NCBI GenBank assembly: GCA_963666515.2
Contig: OY762897.2
Span: 928,001-992,000 of the forward strand
Length of the DNA stretch: 64,000 nt
Direction: 5' to 3'
Source of the DNA: Candidatus Binatia bacterium
GTDB lineage: Bacteria > Desulfobacterota > Binatia > UBA9968 > JAJDTQ01
The notes below the pieces were generated by a model that saw only the letters and a program-made list of their open reading frames with translations, was not told the DNA's origin and did no database searches. The position numbers and the translations under genes are program-made. This document shows positions 9,745 to 17,859 of this stretch, one piece after another. The first letter of the stretch is position 1. Every line of letters begins with the position of its first letter.

Positions 9745-10767
9745 GTGTTGCACGTCCCGCCCGTCTCCCGCGCCCTCGACCCCGCGATTCAGCGAGCCAT
9801 CGATACGAAGACCAAGCCCTTGGGAGCCCTCGGGGTTCTGGAGGCCCTTGCCGCCCAGGTCGCCCGCATCCAGAACACCCTGACGCCGTGGCTGCAAAGC
9901 TGCCGCCTCACGCTTTTCGCCGGCGATCACGGCATCGCGGAGGAAGGCGTATCCGCGTATCCGCAAGCCGTGACCCGGCAGATGGTGGCCAACTTTCTTG
10001 CTGGCGGCGCCGCCGCCAACGTGCTGGCCCGGACCAACGGCGTGGACCTCCAGGTGGTGGACGCCGGCGTCGCCGGCGATCCTGTCGAGGCGCCGGGTCT
10101 GGTGTCGCGGCGCATCGCCGCCGGCACGCGCAACTTCGCGGCGTCGCCGGCCATGACCGCCGGGCAGCGCGACAGCGCGTTGAGCGCGGGCGAGGCCCTC
10201 GGCGCCGCGGTGGCCGCGGACGCCGCGGCCTTCGGCGAGATGGGCATCGGCAACACCTCCTCGGCCACGCTGGTGGCGCACAAGCTCACGGGCGCCGGGT
10301 TGGAGGACCTGGTCGGGCGGGGCGCGGGGCTCGACGACGCGGGTCTGGCGCGCAAGCATGAAATCCTGGAACGCGCCGCCCGCCGCACGGCGCCCCGCCT
10401 CGACCCTGCGGACGCGTTGCGGGAGTACGGCGGTTTCGAGATGGTGATGATGGCGGGCGCCATGGCGGGCGCGGCCCGGACCGGAGCAGTGGTGCTGGTG
10501 GACGGCTTCATCGCCGGCGTGGCCGCCCTGGCGGCGGTGGGGATGGCGCCCGCGCTCCGGGACTACCTGGTGTTCGCCCACTGTTCCGCCGAGCACGGTC
10601 ACGGGGCGGTGCTGGCGGCCCTCGACGCGCGTCCGCTTCTGGACCTCGACATGCGCCTGGGCGAAGGCACCGGCGCCCTGCTGGCGTGGCCGGTGCTGCA
10701 ATGCGCGGCCGCCATGCTTTCGGAGATGGCGAGCTTCGAGAGCGCGGGCGTGAGCGGTCCGGTCTGA
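9745..10767 (+). CDS. cobT: Nicotinate-nucleotide-dimethylbenzimidazole phosphoribosyltransferase
   Basis: KTKPLGALG, FAGDHGI, GEMGIGNTSSA, VDGFI, MRLGEGTGA. Confidence 0.95.
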   Translation: MLHVPPVSRALDPAIQRAIDTKTKPLGALGVLEALAAQVARIQNTLTPWLQSCRLTLFAGDHGIAEEGVSAYPQAVTRQMVANFLAGGAAANVLARTNGVDLQVVDAGVAGDPVEAPGLVSRRIAAGTRNFAASPAMTAGQRDSALSAGEALGAAVAADAAAFGEMGIGNTSSATLVAHKLTGAGLEDLVGRGAGLDDAGLARKHEILERAARRTAPRLDPADALREYGGFEMVMMAGAMAGAARTGAVVLVDGFIAGVAALAAVGMAPALRDYLVFAHCSAEHGHGAVLAALDARPLLDLDMRLGEGTGALLAWPVLQCAAAMLSEMASFESAGVSGPV

Positions 10768-11534
10768 TGCGCCAAGCCCGTGAAGAGATCGCGGTGTTTC
10801 TCCTGGCGGTGCAGTTCCTGACCCGCTGCCCGGTGCCGTTCCCGGACCTCTTCACCGAGGCGCGTCTGACCGCGGCAACGCGCTACTATCCGCTGGTGGG
10901 GGTCCTCGTCGGCGGGGCGGTGGGAGGGGTGTTCTGGCTGGCCCATCTGGTCTTCCCGGTGACCCTGTCGGTGGTGCTCGCCACCGCCGCGTCGCTGCTG
11001 GCCACGGGGGCTTTTCACGAGGACGGGTTCGCCGACGCCTGTGACGGGCTCGGCGGCGGCGCCACCCGCGAGCAGGCCCTGGAGATCATGCGCGACAGCC
11101 GCCTCGGCACCTACGGCGCGGCCGGCCTCGGCCTGATGCTGGCCGCCAAGATACTGGCGCTGGCGGCCGTGCCGGCGGTGGTGATCCCGTGGCTCCTGGT
11201 GGCGGCTCACGCCGCGAGCCGCGCCTCCGCGGTGCTCGCCATTGCGACGGGCCGGTACGTGCGGGATGCCGGTGCGGCCAAGCCGGTGGCGGACGGCGTG
11301 ACGCCGGCAGGTCTGGTTCTGGCGCTGGCCACCGGGGCCGCGGCCGTGGCGGCGCTGTGGCATCTGGCGTCCCCGGCTGCGATGCTGGCCGGTTTCACCG
11401 GGCTTGCGATCGGTCACGTCGTCATGCGTGGATTGTACGAACGAAAGCTCGGCGGTTATACAGGGGACTGTCTCGGGGCCGTGCAACAGACCGGCGAGTT
11501 GGGGCTCTACCTCGGCGTCGTCGCGGTTGTGTAG
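10767..11534 (+). CDS. cobS: Adenosylcobinamide-GDP ribazoletransferase
   Basis: FLTRCP, TGAFHEDGFADACDG, IMRDSRLGTYG, GGYTGDCLGA. Confidence 0.95.
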   Translation: MRQAREEIAVFLLAVQFLTRCPVPFPDLFTEARLTAATRYYPLVGVLVGGAVGGVFWLAHLVFPVTLSVVLATAASLLATGAFHEDGFADACDGLGGGATREQALEIMRDSRLGTYGAAGLGLMLAAKILALAAVPAVVIPWLLVAAHAASRASAVLAIATGRYVRDAGAAKPVADGVTPAGLVLALATGAAAVAALWHLASPAAMLAGFTGLAIGHVVMRGLYERKLGGYTGDCLGAVQQTGELGLYLGVVAVV

Positions 11535-11578
11535 TGGCGGCCGAGTCGTCCTCTTTCGCCACTCTTGCATCCGGCACC

Positions 11579-12151
11579 ATGCGCTTGATTCTCATTCGTC
11601 ACACGCGGCCCGCGGGCGCGGACAACCTGTGCTATGGCGTCACGGATGTCGACGTGGCAGCGACGTTCGAGCAAGAGGCGGTGCGCGTGGTGGCGGCGCT
11701 GCCCGCGGTGGAGCGGCTCGTGACCAGCCCGTTGCGCCGCTGCATGAGGCTTGCGGAACGGATCGGCGCGGCGCGCGGACTCGTTCCGGTGGTCGACGAC
11801 AGGGTCCGGGAGATGGACTTCGGTCGTTGGGAGCGCGTGCCCTGGAACGACATCCGCCGGACGGAGCTGGACGCGTGGGCGGCGGACTTCCTTCACGCCC
11901 GGCCCCACGGCGGCGAGAACGTGGCGATGGTATCGGAGCGGGTCGGTTCCGCGCTGGCCGATTACCGCCGGAGCGGTGTGGCCCATGCGGTGGTCACCCA
12001 CGCGGGCGTCATCAAGGCTGCGCGGGCTGCGGGGGGCTGCGCGGACGCCTGGACGACATCGGTGGGTTTCGGCGATGCGGTGAACATCGAGTTTCCGGCC
12101 GAGGCGGAACGCTCACCGTCGGGTCCGCGCGAGGCGAAGCCGTGGGATTGA
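11579..12151 (+). CDS. cobC: Alpha-ribazole phosphatase (histidine phosphatase)
   Basis: LIRHT, TSPLRRC, EMDFGRWE, VTHAGVIK; position in cob operon. Confidence 0.85.
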   Translation: MRLILIRHTRPAGADNLCYGVTDVDVAATFEQEAVRVVAALPAVERLVTSPLRRCMRLAERIGAARGLVPVVDDRVREMDFGRWERVPWNDIRRTELDAWAADFLHARPHGGENVAMVSERVGSALADYRRSGVAHAVVTHAGVIKAARAAGGCADAWTTSVGFGDAVNIEFPAEAERSPSGPREAKPWD

Positions 12152-13149
12152 TCTCCTTTCAACCGCGGCACGGCGGCGATCTTGCGGCTGCCCGGCGGAC
12201 GTTCGGCTCGCCGCCTTGCGGATGGCTCGATCTCTCCACCGGCGTCAACCCATGGTCCTATCCGTACGGCGCCATCGGCTCCGAAACCCTCACCCGCCTG
12301 CCGCAGGACGACGCGATGGAGGCGTTGCTGGCGGCGGCGCGGGAGGCCTACGGCATCGCGCCCGCCGCCGGTGTGGCCGCGGCGCCGGGGAGTCAGGCCT
12401 TGTTCCAGTTGCTGCCAACCATGAGGACCCGGTGCCGGGTGGCTGTCCTGGCGCCCACCTACGAGGAACATGCCGTGGCGTGGCGCTGCCTGGGGCACGT
12501 CGTGGACGAGGTCGGCTCGCTCGGGAAGTGTCCTGACGCCGACGTGGTCGTGGTGGTCAACCCCAACAATCCCGACGGCCGCACCACGGACCGGGAGACG
12601 CTGGCGCGAGCGGCCGAGGAACTGGCGCGACGCGGCGGCTGGCTCGTCGTCGACGAAACGTTTGCGGACGTCGCGCCCGATGTCAGCCTGGCATCGGCTC
12701 CGGGCCTTCCCAATACGTTGATCGCGCGCTCTTTCGGAAAGTTCTTCGGCCTCCCCGGCTTGCGGCTGGGTTTCGTAGCCGGCCCGCCAATGCTGGTGGA
12801 CGGCATCGCGCGGCGTCTGGGCCCCTGGGCCGTCTCCGGGCCCGCCCTGGAGATCGGCAGGCGGGCGCTGGCCGACACGGACTGGATCGTCCGCACCCGC
12901 GCCCGGCTGGCGGAGAAGCGGCTACAGCTCGACGGCGTTCTCTCGGAAGCCGGCCTGAGCCTTGTCGGCGGCACCGACCTGTTCCGGCTGGTGGAAACGG
13001 CCGCGGCTCACAACCTCTCTCAACGCCTAGGCCGGGCCGGTATCCTGGTCCGGTCCTTCGACCGTCATCCAGGCTGGCTCAGGATAGGTCTGCCCCCGTC
13101 GGCGGATGCTCTGCAACGCCTTTCGGCGGAGTTGAAGGGGGCTTGGTGA
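12142..13149 (+). CDS. cobD: L-threonine-O-3-phosphate decarboxylase
   Basis: HGGDL, WLDLSTGVNP, NPNNPDG, VDETFAD, RSFGKFFGLPGLRLG (PLP lysine). Confidence 0.9.
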   Translation: MGLISFQPRHGGDLAAARRTFGSPPCGWLDLSTGVNPWSYPYGAIGSETLTRLPQDDAMEALLAAAREAYGIAPAAGVAAAPGSQALFQLLPTMRTRCRVAVLAPTYEEHAVAWRCLGHVVDEVGSLGKCPDADVVVVVNPNNPDGRTTDRETLARAAEELARRGGWLVVDETFADVAPDVSLASAPGLPNTLIARSFGKFFGLPGLRLGFVAGPPMLVDGIARRLGPWAVSGPALEIGRRALADTDWIVRTRARLAEKRLQLDGVLSEAGLSLVGGTDLFRLVETAAAHNLSQRLGRAGILVRSFDRHPGWLRIGLPPSADALQRLSAELKGAW

Positions 13150-13172
13150 GGCCGGGACGCTAGCCGGGCGTC

Positions 13173-14201
13173 TTGAGCCGGCGGACCGATGTGAACCTCT
13201 CCGACACCGCATCTCTCTTGCTGGCGGCGATGGCATTCGACGCCTTCATCGGCGACCCCCGCTGGCTCTACTGGATCGTTCCGCATCCCACGGCGGTCAT
13301 GGGCCGGGTGCTGGCGTTCTGCGACAGCCGATTGAATCGCCCCGCCTTCGGCCGCGCGGGACGCCGCTTCGCGGGGGCGATCTCCACAGTGGCCGTCGTC
13401 GCCTTGTCCGCCGTGCTGGCGGCGCTGATCAGCGCCGGCCTGAGCGGATGGCCGGTCGGATTCTGGGTGGAGGCTTTGCTGGTCTCGGTGCTGATCGCCC
13501 AGAACAGCCTGTACCGCCATGTCGCCGACGTCGCCCGGGCGCTGGAGCGCGACGGGGTCGATGACGGCCGGAGCGCCGTCGCCCACATCGTCGGACGCGA
13601 CCCCGAATCCCTGGATGCCCACGGCATAGCCCGGGGCGCGGTCGAATCGCTGGCCGAGAACTTCAACGACGGCGTGGTGGCGCCGGTCCTGTGGGGTCTG
13701 CTTCTCGGCCTGCCGGGCATCGCGGCCTACAAGGCGCTCAACACCGCCGACAGCATGATCGGCCACCGCGACCACTGTTACCGCGACTTCGGATGGGCGG
13801 CGGCGCGGCTGGACGATGTCGCCAACTGGGTGCCGGCGCGCGTCGCCGGATTCCTGTTGGCCGTCGCCGGCGTGCAATCCAAGGTCGGCAGCGCGATGCA
13901 CGGCCTGAGGATCATGTGGCGGGATGGCGGCGCCCATCGCTCGGTCAACGCCGGTTATCCGGAGGGCGCCATGGCCGGCGTGCTGGGCTTGCGTCTGGCC
14001 GGACCGCGCCGATACCGGGGCGTCGTGACGGCCGATCCGTGGCTGGGCGACGGTGCCGTCGAGGCGACCGCGGCCGACATCCGGCGCGCTCTCCGCGTCT
14101 ATGTCGGCGCCTGCCTGCTCCTGGCCGTGCTGGTGGGAGGACTGTTCGCCGCGTCGTTGTTTCTGGCCGGGGCGCCGATGCCGTGGTACGGGTGGGTTTG
14201 A
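13173..14201 (+). CDS. cbiB: Adenosylcobinamide-phosphate synthase
   Basis: GDP..PHP, IVGRD, ESLAENFNDGVVAP, YKALNTADSMIGH, SVNAGYPEGAMAG; start may be GTG at 13191. Confidence 0.93.
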   Translation: MSRRTDVNLSDTASLLLAAMAFDAFIGDPRWLYWIVPHPTAVMGRVLAFCDSRLNRPAFGRAGRRFAGAISTVAVVALSAVLAALISAGLSGWPVGFWVEALLVSVLIAQNSLYRHVADVARALERDGVDDGRSAVAHIVGRDPESLDAHGIARGAVESLAENFNDGVVAPVLWGLLLGLPGIAAYKALNTADSMIGHRDHCYRDFGWAAARLDDVANWVPARVAGFLLAVAGVQSKVGSAMHGLRIMWRDGGAHRSVNAGYPEGAMAGVLGLRLAGPRRYRGVVTADPWLGDGAVEATAADIRRALRVYVGACLLLAVLVGGLFAASLFLAGAPMPWYGWV

Positions 14202-14263
14202 AACTTGGTCGTGTAGCGTGCGTCCTACAAGTTGGGGACCAATTTATGGGCGAGCCGTGAAAT

Positions 14264-14488
14264 TCAGAGGGTGGACTTCCTGAAGTAGTCCGCTTCGTGT
14301 TTGAGCACGGCCTTTACTTGCCACTCCTGCACACCGGGGAACCACTCCAGGAATTCCTTTACCGTGGCGCCACCTTCCAGGTTTTCAAACAGGGCATACA
14401 CCGGCACTCTCGTTCCGGTGAAGGCCCACGCTCCGCTGATCTTGCGCGGGTCGCGTTCCACTGCCGGGCACGTTTCCCAATCCGTCAT
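14264..14488 (-). CDS. DUF433-family antitoxin (orphan)
   Basis: VERDPRKISGAWAFTGTRVPV..LFENLEGGATVKEFLEWFPGV. Confidence 0.85.
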   Translation of the reverse strand: MTDWETCPAVERDPRKISGAWAFTGTRVPVYALFENLEGGATVKEFLEWFPGVQEWQVKAVLKHEADYFRKSTL

Positions 14489-14556
14489 TTCGGATTCCTC
14501 CGTTCGGATTCCAGCGTTATCCTCGACTGGCAGGCGTGGCTTCCGGGACCGGGCGC

Positions 14557-14778
14557 TTATGCCCGGCCCCCCGTGCGTTCAATCAAGACCCGGAGCGCTT
14601 CGGCCTGTTGGTCCAGGCGCGCCATGGCTTCGGCGTGGCGGGCATCTTCGCTGGCGGCCCGTTGGTCTCCGGCGTGGCGCATTTGCCGAATGCCTACGAA
14701 GATGGCGGCGACGACCCCGAGGCTGGCCCCGGCCTGAACCGCACTGATGATGAGAGTTGCGAGTTCGTACCCGGTCAT
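14557..14778 (-). CDS. Small membrane-anchored coiled-coil hypothetical protein
   Basis: MTGYELATLIISAVQAGASLGVVAAIFVGIRQM (TM) then RHAEAMARLDQQAEALRVLIERT; RBS-like GGAGA upstream. Confidence 0.55.
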   Translation of the reverse strand: MTGYELATLIISAVQAGASLGVVAAIFVGIRQMRHAGDQRAASEDARHAEAMARLDQQAEALRVLIERTGGRA

Positions 14779-14885
14779 TCTCCGTCTCCGTTCCGGCGAG
14801 GAAGAATCGGAAGCGGCAGGCACGGGCAAGCGACCCGGAGTCGACCGTGCCCATGTTCGTCTCCATGACGACATGCTACCCGGAA

Positions 14886-15209
14886 TCAGTGGGCTAGTAC
14901 AGAACGAGCGTGGTCGTCCAGCCTTTCAGCGATCCGCTGTGCCAAACCAACGGTCAGTCGCGTGCCGGTCGCTTCCGCGTAGCGGCGCAAGGTAGTCAAG
15001 GACGGTGACACGCCACCGCCCTCCAGCCGCGCGATGGTGGATTAGGTCGTTCTGAGGCGCCGGGCGAGTTCTGCCTGTGTCAACTTCGCGGCTCTACGGG
15101 CATGAATCAATGCCTCGATCAGCCTGAACTCGTCATCGGCCCGCGCGTACTCTTCCCGGAATTCCAGATCTTCCATAAAGCGCTTCTTCAGGTCCTTCAG
15201 TCTCGTCAT
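14886..15209 (-). pseudogene. XRE-HTH antitoxin with internal nonsense codon
   Basis: MTRLKDLKKRFMEDLEFREEY...LTQAELARRLRTT*STIARLEGG...TLRRYAEATG; TAA at 15042-15044 where Gln (CAA) is expected. Confidence 0.8.
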
Positions 15210-15290
15210 GGCGTCACCTGCTTCATGCGTTCCCTGGCGGTCGCGAGCGCTCGGGGCGGCGCCCTCCGCGACTTCGTCGCTTTAACGCCC
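15206..15290 (-). pseudogene. 3' remnant of a RelE/HigB-like toxin
   Basis: ...KATKSRRAPPRALATARERMKQVTP* resembles toxin C-termini; its stop overlaps the antitoxin ATG (ATGA); no recognisable N-terminal part. Confidence 0.5.
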
Positions 15291-15391
15291 ATGGTTGCAG
15301 GTGTTATATATGTGGCTTCCCAAGGTGCGTTGCAAGCGGCTTGACCGCGAGGTCGCCAACTCATCGCAGGGAAGAAGGACGGAGGCATCAA

Positions 15392-15604
15392 ATGGACCGA
15401 ATCGCCGTTGATCCAAGAATTCACTTCGGTAAACCATGCGTCGCCGGCACGCGTATTGCGGTGCAGGATGTCCTGGAACTCGTTGACGAGGACATCCCCT
15501 TCAACCAGATCATTCGCGACTACTATCCCGACATGACCGTCGAAGATATCCATGCGTGTATTCGCTACGCGATCGCCCTGGTGGGCGCCGAGGATTATCA
15601 CTGA
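15392..15604 (+). CDS. DUF433-family antitoxin (orphan)
   Basis: RIAVDPRIHFGKPCVAGTRIAVQDVLELV...YYPDMTVEDIHACIRYA; RBS GGAGG. Confidence 0.88.
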   Translation: MDRIAVDPRIHFGKPCVAGTRIAVQDVLELVDEDIPFNQIIRDYYPDMTVEDIHACIRYAIALVGAEDYH

Positions 15605-15613
15605 GAGGTAGAC

Positions 15614-15961
15614 ATGGAACCGGTGCACGGCTTCCGAATGAAGAGCCCCGTCCATCCCGGCGAGTTCGTCAAATGCGAAATCATCGAGGCTCTCGATCTG
15701 ACGGTGACTGGGGCGGCGAAGGCGCTCGGCGTCACGCGGGCGGCGCTGTCCGCCGTTCTGAACGAGCGCGCGCGCTTGTCGCCGGAGATGGCGTTGCGGA
15801 TCGAGAAGGCCTTCGGCGTGTCGATGGACACCCTCATGCGTATGCAGAACAGCTACGACATCGCCAAGACCCGCGGGCGGGCGGGCGAGATTGAGGTTGC
15901 ACAATTCGAGAGACAGTCACGCGGCAACAAGCCTCGTGTGGCCCTCCATACCGAAAGGTGA
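15614..15961 (+). CDS. higA: HigA-family antitoxin (orphan)
   Basis: PVHPGEFVK..IIEALDLTVTGAAKALGVTRAALSAVLNERARLSPEMALRIEKAFG. Confidence 0.88.
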   Translation: MEPVHGFRMKSPVHPGEFVKCEIIEALDLTVTGAAKALGVTRAALSAVLNERARLSPEMALRIEKAFGVSMDTLMRMQNSYDIAKTRGRAGEIEVAQFERQSRGNKPRVALHTER

Positions 15962-15997
15962 AACCCGCCCCGCCGCCAAGACGCTGCACCGCCTAGC

Positions 15998-16139
15998 GAG
16001 GCTTCGCCTCAGACCGACGAGGGGGTAAGGGGATTGGCTCCGGTCGCTTGTAGCAGGGATTGAATCCCTGGTCATGGGACCTTGCAAGGTCGGACCTCAA
16101 AGGGTCAAATGGGCATAAAAGCCCGAAGCAACCGGAGCC
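15998..16139 (+). other. Multi-branched secondary structure at the 5' end of the element
   Basis: Hairpin 15998-16010; 13/14-bp closing stem 16036-16049 with 16126-16139 enclosing hairpins at 16054-16070, 16078-16091, 16093-16106 and 16111-16124. Confidence 0.75.
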
Positions 16140-16143
16140 GGAC

Positions 16144-17751
16144 ATGAGCCTACCACAAACCGTAGCGGAAGTATTGCGCGATCACGTGACGCTGGAATAC
16201 GAGTCGGTGGATCGCCTGTACTTGAACCTGTATGTGCCGCAGTTGCAGAGCGTGGGCGGGGTAGTGGGGTATCTGCACAAGCACCATGGCCAGCGGTTTG
16301 CGTCGACGGTGGCGCTGGCGCCCAAGAGTCGGGAGTTCGTGCAGGCGGTGAAGGACTTTGCGGAGCGGGAGCAGATCGAGGTGGTGCACTTCAAGAAGGG
16401 CCAGCGCAAGGACGAGGTGACGCAGGAGTACCTGGGGCGGTTCAAGGGAACCGAAGGGGTTTTGTACATCGGGATAGCGCAGGAGAAGGCCCGTGTGATG
16501 CGCACCGAGCGGCGCCGGAACCCGGACACCGGGGTCACCTATCCGTGGGTGGTCTCGTCTACCGCGATGGTCAACCATGTGTATTTCTATTGCGTGGACA
16601 AACAGGCGGGGCCGTTCTTCATCAAGTTCTGCACCTACTTCCCGTACAACGGCAAGCTGTGCCTCAACGGCAACGAGTACGCCAAGTGCCAGTTGCGCGA
16701 GCGCGGCATCCCGTTCGAGGCTTTGGACAACGGCGTGCGCTGCTGCGGAGACCCCGAGGCGCTGCAACAGATCTGCGAAGGCTTCGATGCCGCTTTCATC
16801 GACAGACTGGCGCGCAAGTGGTTCGATCGCCTGCCGCATCCGTATACGCCTCAGGACCGTCGCGCCGGTCTGCGCTACGACATCTCCATCCTGCAAGCGG
16901 AGTTCAGCCTGACCCAGGTGCTCGACCGCCCGGCCTCGGGCCGCGTCTTTTTCGAGGACGTGATCCGCGAGAACCTCGATCTCGGTCGCCCCAGCCAGGT
17001 GCAGTTGATCTTCCAGCGCCGGGTCACCCGGCGCACCCCCGGTCGGTTCCGTACCCGGGTCATCACCGCAGGCGTCACCCCTTCCTTGCACGTGGACTAC
17101 AAGCACTCGCGCATCAAGCAGTACCACAAGGAAGGGCAGGCGCTGCGCACCGAGACCACCGTCAACGACACCTATGACTTCGCCCTGGGCCGGCGGCTGT
17201 CTAACCTGGCGGCGTTGTGCCAGGTCGGCTTCACAGCCAACCGTCGTCTGTTGCAGATAGAAACCATCAGCCACGACTGTGCCCTGGGTGAAGACGAACT
17301 CCAACGCCATCAACGCGGCCTGGAGTTCCACGGACAACGCGCCTCGGCCCTGCGCTTCGCCGATGAGCGCGTGCAGGCTCTGATGCAGGCCCTGCTCTTG
17401 TTCACTCTTTCGGCCCGCGGCTTCTCCAACCGCGACCTGCGCGGGCACCTCGGTGCACTCCTGGGCCTCGATCCCAGTCCAATGCGCCCGGGCCGAATGA
17501 GTTACGACCTGAGACGCCTGCGCCTGCACGGCCTGATCGAGCGCATCCCCGGCGCCTACCGCTACCACTTGACCGAACACGGCCTCAAGGTGGCGATGTT
17601 CTACACGCGTGTCTACAACCGCATCCTTCGCCCCGGCCTGGCCCATCTTGCGCCCGACGCCGTGAGCGGCAATACCAAGACCCATCGGCGCTTTGCCGCC
17701 ATCACCAGGAACCTCGATGCCATTTGCGATGAGGCGAAGCTCGTCGCTTAA
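16144..17751 (+). CDS. Putative transposase/replication-initiator-like protein with C-terminal winged HTH
   Basis: No DDE, HUH or Ser/Tyr recombinase motif recognised; RIKQYHKEGQALRTETT resembles the Rep_trans YxK...LRxE signature; C-terminal MSYDLRRLRLHGLIERIPGAYRYHLT is wHTH-like. Confidence 0.6.
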   Translation: MSLPQTVAEVLRDHVTLEYESVDRLYLNLYVPQLQSVGGVVGYLHKHHGQRFASTVALAPKSREFVQAVKDFAEREQIEVVHFKKGQRKDEVTQEYLGRFKGTEGVLYIGIAQEKARVMRTERRRNPDTGVTYPWVVSSTAMVNHVYFYCVDKQAGPFFIKFCTYFPYNGKLCLNGNEYAKCQLRERGIPFEALDNGVRCCGDPEALQQICEGFDAAFIDRLARKWFDRLPHPYTPQDRRAGLRYDISILQAEFSLTQVLDRPASGRVFFEDVIRENLDLGRPSQVQLIFQRRVTRRTPGRFRTRVITAGVTPSLHVDYKHSRIKQYHKEGQALRTETTVNDTYDFALGRRLSNLAALCQVGFTANRRLLQIETISHDCALGEDELQRHQRGLEFHGQRASALRFADERVQALMQALLLFTLSARGFSNRDLRGHLGALLGLDPSPMRPGRMSYDLRRLRLHGLIERIPGAYRYHLTEHGLKVAMFYTRVYNRILRPGLAHLAPDAVSGNTKTHRRFAAITRNLDAICDEAKLVA

Positions 17752-17859
17752 ACTACCGAGCGTTACAACTCGCGATGGCCTACGATAGTATTCATGTACG
17801 AACGAAGTCCAGTTCAAATATCTTGTCTTCCTGAGTCAAGATCCTGTCGATCAAGGATT

